Shown here: one piece after another, positions 13,721 to 25,144 of the stretch
Layout of the letters: each line of letters opens with the position of its first letter
Position numbering within the stretch: position 1 is the stretch's first letter
Source: Parasitella parasitica NRRL 2501
Taxonomy: Eukaryota > Fungi > Mucoromycota
DNA: 64,000 bases
Assembly: GCA_025201805.1 (NCBI GenBank)
Contig: MU619285.1
Span: forward strand, 93,942-157,941
Direction: 5' to 3'
Notes under the pieces: generated by a model
What the model was told of the DNA's origin: nothing
Database searches by the model: none
The model's input: the letters and a program-made list of their open reading frames with translations, nothing else
Position numbers and translations under genes: made by a program

Positions 13721-14200
13721 TTATATTGTTTTCATATCCATACATTTGCTAAAAGACTTGTTAGTGTGATGAATCCATCCTTTACAATTTTCTACTGAAA
13801 TTTTTCTTGCTGCTTCTTCAATACGGTCCGCTAAAATTTGATTGTTTTGCCATGGTGTTTTGCGAACTTCTTTCTTTACTTTTGCCCAACACCCTCCAAT
13901 TGGGTTTAGCATAGGCGAGTACGGAGGAAAAAATAATCCAGCGTGTCCATGGCTACGAATTGCTTGCAAAACTTCTGGTTTTTTGTGGATACCGACACTG
14001 TTCACCACAATATACATATTTTGAAGTCCAAGTTTATTAAACAAAGTTGATATTTCTTCAACAAAAAGCAAAAAATGACTCGAATTGGTTCTGTATGGTA
14101 GACCTCTCCTGACAACAGCTACTTTTTGTCTTTTTCAACCGGGGCTGATTTTGGAACTTGTTGAGAGAGTGCGATTAGTCCATGTACTGACAAGCATCTT
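13721..14200 (-). pseudogene. Degenerate Tc1/mariner (IS630-like, DDE_3) transposase fragment
   Basis: 'VVNSVGIHK…FPPYSPMLNPIGGCWAKVK': the second catalytic D is replaced by N and the E by G, and the N-terminal part is disrupted. Confidence 0.85.
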
Positions 14201-14632
14201 AAAGTGCCTGAGTTGACATCTTGTGGTAGTAACGAAAAAGGTTCAAATGACATTCGCCAAAGGTGTTTGAGGTGTGATAAAGCTATATACAGAAGAATTG
14301 TATTACGCTGGAATAATTTCAGTTACCAATTACCATGTAATTTTTCAATCCATTCTAAAGAATAAACGCAAAAATTGTTTCCTGATTTTTTTCTAAAACT
14401 ACTAAATTGGCCATTACTGTATCATTCTCTTATTATTGAAAAAGGATAACCAATAATCCATAAAAGAGGAGCACTCATTATATTCAATGGAGAACAGGTG
14501 TTCATAAATAATACCGCCACCAAGAATATTCAAATATGTTTATACATTTGGATAGAGCGAAGATAGATATAAAGTTTTTATTTTTATAGTTGTGTTACTT
14601 TGTGCAATATGATCATCTTTATACAAATGTAT

Positions 14633-14703
14633 AATGGGAACGGGGAATGAGGAATGGGGAATAGGGAATGGGAAGAGGGAATAGGGAATGGGGAATGGGG
14701 ATA
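14633..14703 (+). repeat. Degenerate (GGGAAT)n G-rich tandem repeat
   Basis: About 10 imperfect GGGAAT/GGGGAAT units, directly visible. Confidence 0.85.
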
Positions 14704-14716
14704 AGATTACACAATC

Positions 14717-15142
14717 TTAATTTGACTCGTTTACATTTTTAAAGATGGTTCTCGTTCTTTTGGAGCCATTGGTGGGAGACAAGTGTAGAGAGATGAATTT
14801 CACAGATGGCCTTAGTGGTGTTGAGGGATCTTCTTCAAACAAATCGATGGCAACATCAGCAAGAGCGTATTTATCTCCATTTCTTCCTAACGAACGAATA
14901 ACTTGACTGCTCACATTGATGGTGGATTCTTTCCAGTTGGAAAGGGTAATCAAAGAATTGCGGAACTTATCCAAATCCACTAATCGTTTTGGAATGTAAA
15001 ATGAGCCCACTTTGTATGCAATGAAACAGTTTCGGTGGGTGAATAGGTCAACTAAATAGCCATTTCTGCCCTCGAAATCAAAGTATGGTTTGGGTGTCAG
15101 TGGTGCAGAGTAAAAGATTGATATCATTGGTAATACAAGCAT
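14717..15142 (-). pseudogene. C-terminal fragment of a PD-(D/E)xK-like family gene, paralogous to the gene at 15600-18942
   Basis: 'YFDFEGRNGYL…FYIPKRLVDLDKFR…SSQVIRSL' parallels 'FDFVGNSGY…IPTDTFELDSLR…SATVIKSL' in the neighbouring disrupted gene. No intact N-terminus. Confidence 0.55.
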
Positions 15143-15731
15143 TAATGCGCATATTTTTGCTTTGTTGTAGTTTGATATCCGCTGTCTTGCTCTTTAAACC
15201 TTTCTCTAATAAATACTTGATATGTTTTCAATTTCAGGCAATATAATATATAAAAATGGTTAAGAAAATCTCTATACTGAAGACGGAAAAGAAGCAATGA
15301 ACTGGAAGTAAGATGTAAATCCATATAATTCAGAAATGTGAATTATATTCTACCAAATGGGTATTTTTATATATGGCAGGATTAGGTGTCAAATACAACA
15401 AGTTGAACAAACTTGGTACTGTCATTAATTCTGATAATGGTGGCCTTTTTTGACTACTTAAGGAATCCCTTGCCTTGGTAAAAAAAAAAAGAAACAAAGT
15501 AAAGAAACTCGATAACACGTATAGCCTTAGTTGTAATAACACAATTTGAATAAACAGATTTTATTCTCAACATTTATTTTGTACTCTTTCTGTGTGGGGT
15601 CATGAAGACATTGTTGAGCTAGATGGGGGGAGAGGAAAGCCTTGACGGCTTGTTGCTATCTTCTTCGCATGTCTTAACAAGAGAATACCTTCGTTTGTTG
15701 CTGTATAAAGATTTTATGACTGTAGCAGATA

Positions 15732-17271
15732 CCGGATTTTTGATTTCAAAATAGTGACATTTAAATTGATTTAGTTGTTTTACAATTTCAATGTAGTGAT
15801 AATTCTTTTTCAACTTAAGAAATGTCATATATTCATCATTGTTAAAGTTTTTAGTAGGTAACGATATCGGTGTACCTCGTACTACTGTAATAAAAGCAGA
15901 TTACGTTTATATGACCAAAGCTATGCTTTAGTGATATGGTATAAATGCTTATAAAAAATACAATCCAAATAAAATAAAATATTTTCTTTACTTTTATCAA
16001 GTTATAACAGTTATCAGTTTACCTACCTTCTAAAACATTTCTAACAAACTTGAACATGAACTCAAACAAACAAAACAACACTGCCGCCAACAACAAGACT
16101 ACCAGAAGAAGAATTAACAAAAAGAACAGAAAAATTTCATTAGAGACTCGCGAGAGAATAATTGATTTGACAATCAGAGAAGGAGACATGAGTGTCTCTG
16201 CAGCTGCTAGACTATTTGGTTTGCCAAGATCAACAGTTGATAGCATCAGGGATCACTGGGTGAACACGTATGAGGTTGCTCCAAAGGCAAGAGGAGGTAG
16301 ACGGCCTGAAACCAGCAAACTTAAAGAAGTTCATTCAGAATATCTGATTGAACTTTTGGATGAAAACTGTGCTCTAACTCTTAGAATGATGCGGGATAAG
16401 TTATATGAGAAGTTTGATGATATCCGTGAGAAAGGCATCTCTTTTTCTGGCATTTTTTGCCATATCACAGAACACATTGGATTCACGTTAAAAAGATCAA
16501 AGCCCATTGAAGAAAAAAGGAACGATCCGGCTACCATTGCCTCAAGAAAAAACTCTGTTGAATCCTTGCAAGACCTAGGGATATCCTACAAAACTAATTG
16601 CATCTTTGTAGATGAATCAGGTTTTAACGTAAATCTGATCCGTCAACAAGGATGGTCTCGAAAAGGTGAAAACGCTAGGATAACTACAAAGACGAAGAGA
16701 GCCCTGAATGTTACTATTATCTCGGCAATCTCGAGCAAAGGTGTTGAAGATGTTTCCGCTAAAATTGTTAAAGGAGGTACGACTTCAGCAATTTTTATCG
16801 ACTTTCTGAAACCATTGATCAAAAGACTCGACGATAGTAATGCGGCACCGCATTATTTCATTATGGACAATGCTGGGATCCATACTTCTCTTGAAGTCAA
16901 AAATTACATCCAGACAACAAGGCATAAAATACACTTCTTGCCTCCATATTCACCTTTTTTGAACCCAATCGAAGAAAGCTTCTCAAAGCTCAAAACTTTG
17001 ACAAAAAGAAAGCCAGGCTTAGGCAACAATGAGTTTTTGCAGTATATTGGAGATTGCAGTAGAGAGATTATCAGAAAAGATTGCGAGAGTTGGGTAAGGC
17101 ACAGCATCAGTTTTTTTTCTGATTGTCTTGCCTCCAAAGAAATCTATTAAAGAATAAAGATAAATTTTATTTGTACTATCAACCCATTATCCACTAAGTT
17201 AAATCAGTAAAATCACTAAATTGAAATTGTAAAACAACTAAATGTCACTATTTTGAAATCAAAATCCAAGG
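15732..17271 (+). mobile_element. Tc1/mariner (IS630-Tc1, DD34E) DNA transposon with imperfect ~60-70 bp TIRs and TA at both flanks
   Basis: Left TIR 15732-15800 (ccggatttttgatttcaaaatagtgacattt…agttgttttacaatttcaat) matches the reverse complement of 17212-17271. TA at 15730-15731 and 17272-17273. Confidence 0.9.
16056..17150 (+). CDS. Intact Tc1-like transposase (HTH + DDE_3)
   Basis: N-terminal HTH 'SVSAAARLFGLPRSTV', then 'FVDESG', 'IMDNAGIH' and 'LPPYSPFLNPIEE', with 34 residues between the second D and the E. Uninterrupted ORF. Confidence 0.93.
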   Translation: MNSNKQNNTAANNKTTRRRINKKNRKISLETRERIIDLTIREGDMSVSAAARLFGLPRSTVDSIRDHWVNTYEVAPKARGGRRPETSKLKEVHSEYLIELLDENCALTLRMMRDKLYEKFDDIREKGISFSGIFCHITEHIGFTLKRSKPIEEKRNDPATIASRKNSVESLQDLGISYKTNCIFVDESGFNVNLIRQQGWSRKGENARITTKTKRALNVTIISAISSKGVEDVSAKIVKGGTTSAIFIDFLKPLIKRLDDSNAAPHYFIMDNAGIHTSLEVKNYIQTTRHKIHFLPPYSPFLNPIEESFSKLKTLTKRKPGLGNNEFLQYIGDCSREIIRKDCESWVRHSISFFSDCLASKEIY

Positions 17272-17817
17272 TACTTCTCAAACTATCCAACTCGAATGTA
17301 TCTGTCGGTATATGAAGATCAGTGGATTTTTTGAGAAAACATGACGTCTTCGTAGCAACACATCCGCGTCATATAACCGCTGTTTCCAACAAAGTCAAAG
17401 GATAATATTTGATTGCTAGAGTTACTTGTCAAGGAGTTGATGCTGCTAAGATACAGGAGTTTATTCTAGCATTTTTGCTTTGTTGGTGAGTAACCACCGA
17501 TTTACTTGCATCTTGTCTTTTAAACTCTATGCTGCATAGTTCAACAGTGACTCCTAAACGGCTGCAGTTAACAATCAAGTCAATCCTCCTCCCAAACTCA
17601 TTTAGTTCATGTTCTTCCATTATGCTGCGCAATGAATCTTATCGAAACGCAAACGCTTTCGCCATCTGACAAAATAAGCTCAGTATCATCCATAATCACG
17701 TCCAGCAACCCTTCAAACTTCCTCAAATAGGCCAACTCGGACTTGGGTGAAGCGCCCTTCCAGAAATCAAAGCCTCTAACACTTGTAAAAAAAAAAAAAA
17801 AAGTATTTAAAAAAAAA

Positions 17818-17849
<32 letters not shown>

Positions 17850-19004
17850 CTTACACAATCTCTACTACGTTTAACAGCTGGTATTTTGGTGAGCGTTTGT
17901 TTGACTCTTTGTATTTAAGTTCATCAATTATCGTATGCAACTTATCTGTAGTGCAGGTTATTGTATACAGCTCAAGCTGATCAAGTACTTCATCTATCAT
18001 TATGTTCATATTGTCATCAAATTCAAGTTCATCTTTCTTTTGCTGTCTAATATGATTTATTTTTTTCGTTTCACCAATAGAAATCAAAGATTCATATATA
18101 TTTCGTAAATATGGATTGGTGAAATTTAAGATGTTGGACAATGAGAGCTTCAGTAGCTCAGTTGATATAAAGTCAATCTTGCTGCATTATTGAGTGAGCT
18201 TTTTTTTAAAGAATGTGTCTGATGCTGTTGTTGTGTTCTTTTCCAGGAATATTTATAGCATCGATTATATATTTTGGGTCTAGTAGTTTTGTTATAGCCA
18301 TATTTCTAACCTTGCTTGCATAGTTCTCATCTTCGTTTTTTTCAGCTATCAAACTAGTTTCATCTTCTATGGCTCGCTCTTCCATTTCACTGCTTCCGTC
18401 TTCGTCTTCAGCATTTTCTTCTTCTGCAGAGCTTTCGTCGTCGCTTCAATTCTAGTACATGACACAGCTCTATAAAGTAAGTATTTTTGATGCCACAAGT
18501 ATATCTTTCTTCATAGCAAAACAATAAAACAGGTGTGGCTCATCTTCCCTCAGATACTTCTCAGCTTTTTATAAGAAATAGAAGGTTTTTTTTATCAGGA
18601 ACTTTAATATGTATTATCACAAACACTGTAACATTTATCATTTGCTTCAACTTTTTTTTCAGAAACCATAAAAAGACCAAATACGGGATTAACTAAAAAT
18701 GAAAGAAAGTTAATATTTTAAACTTATATATATTACTTTCCGACAAGAGCCTTTCCAGGCCTTGACTTTACTATCACACTGTTGTATTCTTTCGACCAAT
18801 GCCTTTGTAAGTCAATTGCCTTCTTAAAACTGTATCGTACCGAGTTATTTTTAATTTTGGTGGTATCCATTTTGACGAAATGATTAAAAGAGGGCTTATT
18901 TGCACCTTTTGAATAATCTTCAATAATTTTAGAATCTTTCATATTATTGTTTAATAAATAACAGATAAATAGAGATTATCCATTTCGATACATGTACTGA
19001 AAGC

Positions 19005-19680
19005 ATGAATTCAATGTATGCAGGACCCATCTCCACCACCATTCATATCTCAGGTAACCAGGAAGGTAAATATAGCCTCGAATTGCTGCGAAATGCTATA
19101 GACGATAACCTCAGTATGCTCAAGCATGTTGATGCCCATGTGGTCCGCAATGAATTTGATCGAGAATTGTACCTCTGGAGAAACGTGGCCAAGCTATTCG
19201 CGAGAACTGAGTACGTAATTCAGCTCGATATCGACTTCTTTTCATGCACTGATATCCGCAAAATCGTACTGAATAACTCAAAGGCCACGCCTTTATTGCG
19301 CACTGGCGAAGCTTCACTGGCGAGGCTGCACTGGTGATACCTACATTTGAGTAATCGCAGCAAGAAGAAGGCTTGGACTATCGCCAGTTCCCTTCCAACT
19401 AGCCCAATCTCGTCAGGCAACACAAAGAAAAGAAGCTTATAATGTTTCATTCCTTTTGATTGCCTGGTCATGCTCCCACTGGTTATGAACGTTGGACATC
19501 AAATGAAAAAGAGCTTTATCAAGTGACGACTTATCAACACTCGTACGAGCCCAATGTCATATTCAAAAACCAGGGCTCTCCATCGTGCGATGAGAGATTT
19601 GCTGACTATTGAAGCAATAAGGCTGCCTGCTTGTATGAATTGTACATTCCTGGCGTTGATTACTACGTATCGTTCATCAA
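19005..19680 (+). pseudogene. Glycosyltransferase family 49 (LARGE/B4GAT1-like) pseudogene fragment
   Basis: 'YAGPISTTIHI', 'LWRNVAKLFARTEYVIQLDIDF' (DxD), 'SYEPNVIFK…CDERFADY*SNKAACLYELY'. Contains frameshifts and an in-frame stop. Confidence 0.75.
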
Positions 19681-19809
19681 GCGCACGCCCATCCTGATGA
19701 AGCCAGATAGACATGTCCTAATTGGTAGTATTGTGACTCTCTCTAATCGCCTTGAGGAGGGGAAAGAAGCTGTTGGTTTTGGTATTCATAAACTTTCCTC
19801 CAAATTGAA

Positions 19810-20165
19810 ATGGTTTCTGACGACTTATCAAAGCTTTATAGTCGTAAACGATTCAAAAAAGGGATTGAAAATCGCCTAGGCGGGAAGAAAGTAACAGGAA
19901 ATGCAGATATTCTGGTAATAATATTGCAGATGCGTTGTCGAATACTTGAGACTAAGCAAAAAACCAGATGTTTATGAATTTCTTAATCTTTTTGGAAAAG
20001 TTAGCAGAGGCTGCAGAAAAGGATGCCGAAGGTAGAGGCACTAAAAATATCAGACCAAAAGATATTAAGGGCAATCTTGAAGTAAGCTTCACTTTATATA
20101 TTTATTTATATACATGTATAATTTAACGAAATTATTAGAAAACCTTGCGTCAATTTCGTGGTTAG
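19810..20165 (+). CDS. CENPW: Centromere protein W (CENP-W/Wip1) histone-fold protein, 81 aa; exons 19810-19914, 19968-20081, 20139-20165
   Basis: Spliced product MVSDDLSKLYSRKRFKKGIENRLGGKKVTGNADILMFMNFLIFLEKLAEAAEKDAEGRGTKNIRPKDIKGNLEKTLRQFRG. Canonical phase-0 introns. Matches the CENP-W pattern (AD.L..LN.L.F...LAE…I…L+..RG end). Confidence 0.82.
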
Positions 20166-20168
20166 CAA

Positions 20169-21034
20169 TCAAGTTTTTCCAGCATCCCAAGCTCTGATAG
20201 GAGGTGGTTTTGGGCCAATTTCGTTTGAAGAATCACTGCTGCTACTGCTTCTGCTACGCTTGCTCTTCTTTTTCTTTTTCTTCGTCTTTTTATCATCGTC
20301 TACTGCAAACACATAATCGTCCTCTTTTTCTGATTCTACATCTAATAAAGGATCATACCCTTCAGAAAAGTATCTATCCATGGATGAATTGATTTTGACT
20401 TTTCCTCGACCTTTGAATTGCACTTCTTCAGCTGCAGTGCGTTGTTTTTGCTTTTTACTATCTCTTTTGGACTTTGAAGGTGATTTGGATCTACTACGTC
20501 GTTTGTTTTTGCTGCTACTAGCACGTTCTGGAGATGTTGTCTGCCTCCTTGATTTTGATTTTGATGTAGACATGGAAGTAGATTTAGAGTTACTGTGATG
20601 ATGATGTCTATGGCTATGTCTTTCGTTGTCTTTTTTTCTTCTCGATTCATCCTCTTGTTTTCTTTCCCGTTCCAACCTTTCTTGCCTTAGTTTAGCGACG
20701 TTTTTTTCATTTGCTTTTATGACAGCTTGATTATGACTATCTGTTGCTTTGACCATATTCAACAGAAATCGGGTATTTGGCTTTGGTTTACTGCTCGGTG
20801 GCCTAAATGTTGTCCCAATGTTGAGTTACTTGGGTCACAATGTAACGAAAGCTCTTACGTGTTTGGTTTATATGCTTGCACGCCCACTTGGTCGTACTTT
20901 TTACGTTTCTCCTCTGCCTCTTTAAGTATGAGATCAGCTACATATTTATCCACGTCCTCATCAGAAACATTCCGTGCGCTGGCACCGGCTGCCGCTCTTA
21001 TCAAATCGTTGACGACACTATTTTTGGGTGGCAT
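20169..21034 (-). CDS. Conserved fungal Ser/Arg/Lys-rich nuclear protein; exons 21034-20859, 20802-20169
   Basis: The intron joins the two ORFs in frame ('KPNT|PPSSKPKPNTRFLLNMVKATDSHN'). Low-complexity RS/K-rich region with C-terminal 'RAWDAGK'. Confidence 0.75.
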
Positions 21035-21197
21035 GGTTACAACAATGATTTGCAATTGCGAAAACACATTGAATCCATCTGTTTAGGTAGTGTCTGCGAC
21101 GGTCACAACGAAAATCTCTAAATCCAAATTAAGATCAAAGCATTTGCTTCTTCTGGATTCATAATTATCCTCTTTCTTCCCATTATCTCCACATTTT

Positions 21198-22466
21198 ATG
21201 AAGTCTGTCAAGTCCACGCAGTATTTGTACACAGCGTCGTTATTTTTTCTTATATTCCTAACGGCTGTTTGTGTCGCAATCTCTGCCGCAGATGTTGTTA
21301 TTCAAGCTCTCACCGATAAAACAAACACTGGTCAATTTGATTATCGCAATTTAATAGTCGTCGGTGGTAGCTACATGCTATTGGTAATTTATTTTAGGGT
21401 TTCTTTGTACAATTGCTAATCAAATATAACATGCAGGCGTTAGCTTCATTGCTATTCTCTTGTAGTAGAATGTTAACAGTGAGAGGCTCCCTTCAAGACA
21501 TCCCAAAACTCTATATTCCTATAAAAAAGGAAGATTTACCCAAGGTAGATTGTAGATCATTCAAATCATCCTGTATATTGATCTAAAATTTACATTTAGA
21601 AAGTGTTTCAAAAAATTCGACATGGATTTGAACAAGCAAAAGAAACTCGAAGATTAGCAGAGCCAAGAGCAGAGGATATTCAAGCTGCTGGTTGGGCGAC
21701 GCCAGGTATTTGTGGATAATCTCAACTCAACATTATGAATCAGTAACTGATACAAAACAATTAAACTAGGTACTCCTATGTTTGCAGATTTAGATTTCAA
21801 GAAAGCAGTTGCCAGAACTCCCGCCATCATTGGTAAGATTGCTAATGCGTTATCAAAGCAGGTAGCTAAGAAATGCAATTTATAATAGAGAAAGTAGCAA
21901 TAAGCGTCAGTCCGAATTACTTTAGACCACTGTATGTTCCTGTTCGCCAGTACATTGAAATTTTGATTCAACAAGGAGTCATCGACAAACAATTGGGATC
22001 ATATTATTTGCGAGGATATGAACTTGCGAGATTCAGCCAGGAGCCTTTAAATCAAGATCAGTACATGAACATTATGAAGCATCTTGCTGCCATCTTGCAG
22101 AATATGGGTTACAACATAAAAAACAACAGTAATATTTCAGCCAGAAAAATGAGTCATCAGACTACCACTACAAGCGACTCTGCGTCCTCGGATCGTCAGG
22201 ATACTCGGAAATCAAGCTATCGACGCCGATTGTCAAGCCATGAATCAATAGACTCCATCTCTGTTACCCAGTCCACCAACACGTGGCTTTCACGTTCCAC
22301 CCATACCACGAGGAATAGAAAACCTACCATCAGTCATGAAAATAGAGAATCTGCTGATGAATCAGAAGAGGATGAAGACGACTATTCCTCCTACAATGAG
22401 AACGAGGTGCGAAATGAAATTTATGAATTCCTGATGAAGGATAGAGCATCGCAACATCAGATTTAA
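21198..22466 (+). CDS. DLT1: Defect at low temperature protein 1 (Dlt1)-like membrane protein (multi-exon)
   Basis: Two N-terminal TM helices followed by 'SRMLTVRGSLQDIPKLYIPIKKEDLPK', 'GWATPG' and 'YLRGYELARFS'. GT-AG introns are visible. Confidence 0.75.
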
Positions 22467-23735
22467 TTACTAGATTTCTTGTATATATATCACACTTTTT
22501 TTACCATATACATTCCTACTTTTTGCATAATCCATCATAGAATATTGAACTCAACTGTACAAATATTAATTCTGCTCATTTAATTAAACATATTTAAAAT
22601 AAATATTCGAACAATAAGGGGTCCATTATAGCCTATCATTTAACAATTAATAATATATTGAACATTGATGGCAACGTCCTTCCTTTAATTTAAAATCACA
22701 AGGGAAATATTCGTCGTGTCCTTGTTGAGTAAAGATGTTTATAACTTCTGTCAATCCAAATTTATTTCTGCATTCTTGTAATAAGTCAATGAACAAGAAA
22801 TGGCTGATATGTTTTAATCATGAGACCTTTGCTCATTGTTGTTGTGAGAAATCTGTTTCAATCCAATTTACCGTAATATGGTTTTGAGCGGATTTATCTC
22901 GTATGGGAATATCGTTGCCCAAAACTTACGAATCAATACTTCCAATAATAAACTAAATGTCCATAGAACAGATAAATGAACAAGAGCTCACTTTAAGTAT
23001 AAATCAGAAACGTCATGTGAATCAGAAATATAAATTTATATACTCTATGTATATATGAATAACATCAAATGCTTTGAAGGAGGAATACTCTGAAGCTCAC
23101 TTATAGCTTTTAATTGCTGATACACGTTTTTTATTTGATTACAATACGATTGTCAAATGCGTATAAGCATATTAAATGGATTTTTTCATAGAAAACCGCA
23201 TTAATTCATCCATCCAAGCGGTTTTCTGTAATGACAGGCCCAAAAGGACTATCAAAAATATAAACTAAAATAAAAGTTCTATATCTCACCATGCCTAGGT
23301 TGTTTATTAAAACAGATAACTATATCGTTATGGCTATGAATAGCAACATTAATACCCCTAAGTTGGTATTATCACCGAGAACTGTATGTGAATACAAGCT
23401 AGTTATAGCAGATATACTTCAAGGTCCTCTAACTGGATAACAAGTTCAGAAAGTTGCTGAATAGAGGTAACTGCAGAGTACTTTTTGACTTCTGATTTTA
23501 ACACTTACCAGATTTAACATCAAAACAAATAAATATCGGTGGAAATTTTTTAATCAGTAGTTGAAGGGTTTAGCCAATATATTTGTAATATATTAAATTA
23601 ATGTTTTTCAATAATCATCACACCTGGTGAAGTGTAGCATGAACTACAACTATTATTGAATTTACATTGAAAATGGGCACTGCAAATAAATGTATAGAAC
23701 AAAAATAAACAAGTTATAAACACACTATTAATTTA

Positions 23736-25144
23736 CACACCAAAGCTAAAGATTCTATTGATTGATAATAAGAAGCTGTTCGTTTTTATTGAATAAATCT
23801 ACATACATCAATCAACAATCATATTTGACTTTTAGTTATCGAACATGATTATATCATTAGGTACGGCGATCCAGGAAAAGTTGTTATGAGAACGGTTTCC
23901 ATGACGACAAATGCAAAAAATGATGGTAACCTATTGTATTTTATGGACATAGCACAATTCCGTTCACGTGGAAAAGATAGGGCTTTACTAGAAGATGAAC
24001 GCAATCAACAACACAAGTGTTTTAGTGCTATACTACTCGAAGGTGAAGCCTAGGCCCGTTGCAGCAGCATGAGCCACACATCACTTTAGTAAGACACTAA
24101 ATTTACCGTAGTAGTGAAGCAAAGGTCAATGATTTAGCCAAACGTGGCGGAGTAGTGCAATTCATTTAATTGTTGAATAAGATAAAAATACAGTAGTATT
24201 CAGAAGAACTCAGGATCTATCTTTATTTAATCAGCTAAATGTTATGAATCTGATTAATCATTCATCAATAAGTTCTTTAGCTTCGCAACTTAGAATAAGA
24301 AGAATCCAAACATATGCTATTTCTTATAATACAACAAGAAATTATACTAATTACTGCTATCTACTATATAAAATAACCGGTGGCATTTATTCTTGGATCC
24401 GATCAGGAACGGTTGCCATGACAACTGAGTCGAAATAGTGGTAACCATTGGTATTCTATGGATACAATTTAACAGTGATGGTAAGTTAAGAAACTATATT
24501 AAAAATGTTTAGATTCATCGTAAATGCTTACATCTGTCGTATTTAAATATGTATATTATTAAGGCATGAGGAGGGGGAAAGGGTGGTTTATAACTTTAAA
24601 ATGGTGATGTGTCATGACATCCACATAGATTCCTATTATGTAGTACCAAATACGTAATAAAATATAATATAGTGACCTCCAATTGTTAGTTATTTCAGTT
24701 GTTTAAAACGCATAAAAGTTTTATTAAGTGTGCCAGGTTTAACTAAATTATTGTCTTTAGCTTCACTACTACGGTAAATTTAGTGTCTTACTAAAGTGAT
24801 GTGTGGCTCATGCTGCTGCAACGGGCCTAGGCTTCACCTTCGAGTAGTATAGCACTAAAACACTTGTGTTGTTGATTGCGTTCATCTTCTAGTAAAGCCC
24901 TATCTTTTCCACGTGAACGGAATTGTGCTATGTCCATAAAATACAATAGGTTACCATCATTTTTTACATTTGTCGTCATGGAAACCGTTCTCATAACAAC
25001 TTTTCCTGGATCGCCGTACCTAATGATATAATCATGTTCGATAACTAAAAGTCAAATATGATTGTTGATTGATGTATGTAGATTTATTCAATAAAAACGG
25101 ACAGCTTCTTATTATCAATCAATAGAATCTTTAGCTTTGGTGTG
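23736..25144. mobile_element. Non-autonomous foldback/MITE-like element with 385-bp inverted arms and TA target-site duplication
   Basis: 23736-24120 is the reverse complement of 24760-25144, with 2 mismatches that I could see. TA at 23734-23735 and 25145-25146. No coding capacity inside. Confidence 0.88.

Larger units (their letters stand above)
15600..18942 (-). pseudogene. Disrupted PD-(D/E)xK (restriction-endonuclease-fold)-like gene, interrupted by a Tc1 element
   Basis: Fragments 18733..18942, 17851..18141, 17607..17780 and 17274..17632 plus a tail at 15620..15729. Motif 'GRRIDLIV…ELCSIEFK…QQSKNARIN'. Frameshift near 17620. Confidence 0.6.

Noticed and set aside
14633-14703. Telomeric or CRISPR-like array
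   Set aside because: Short, degenerate and internal, with no spacer structure. Eukaryotic context.
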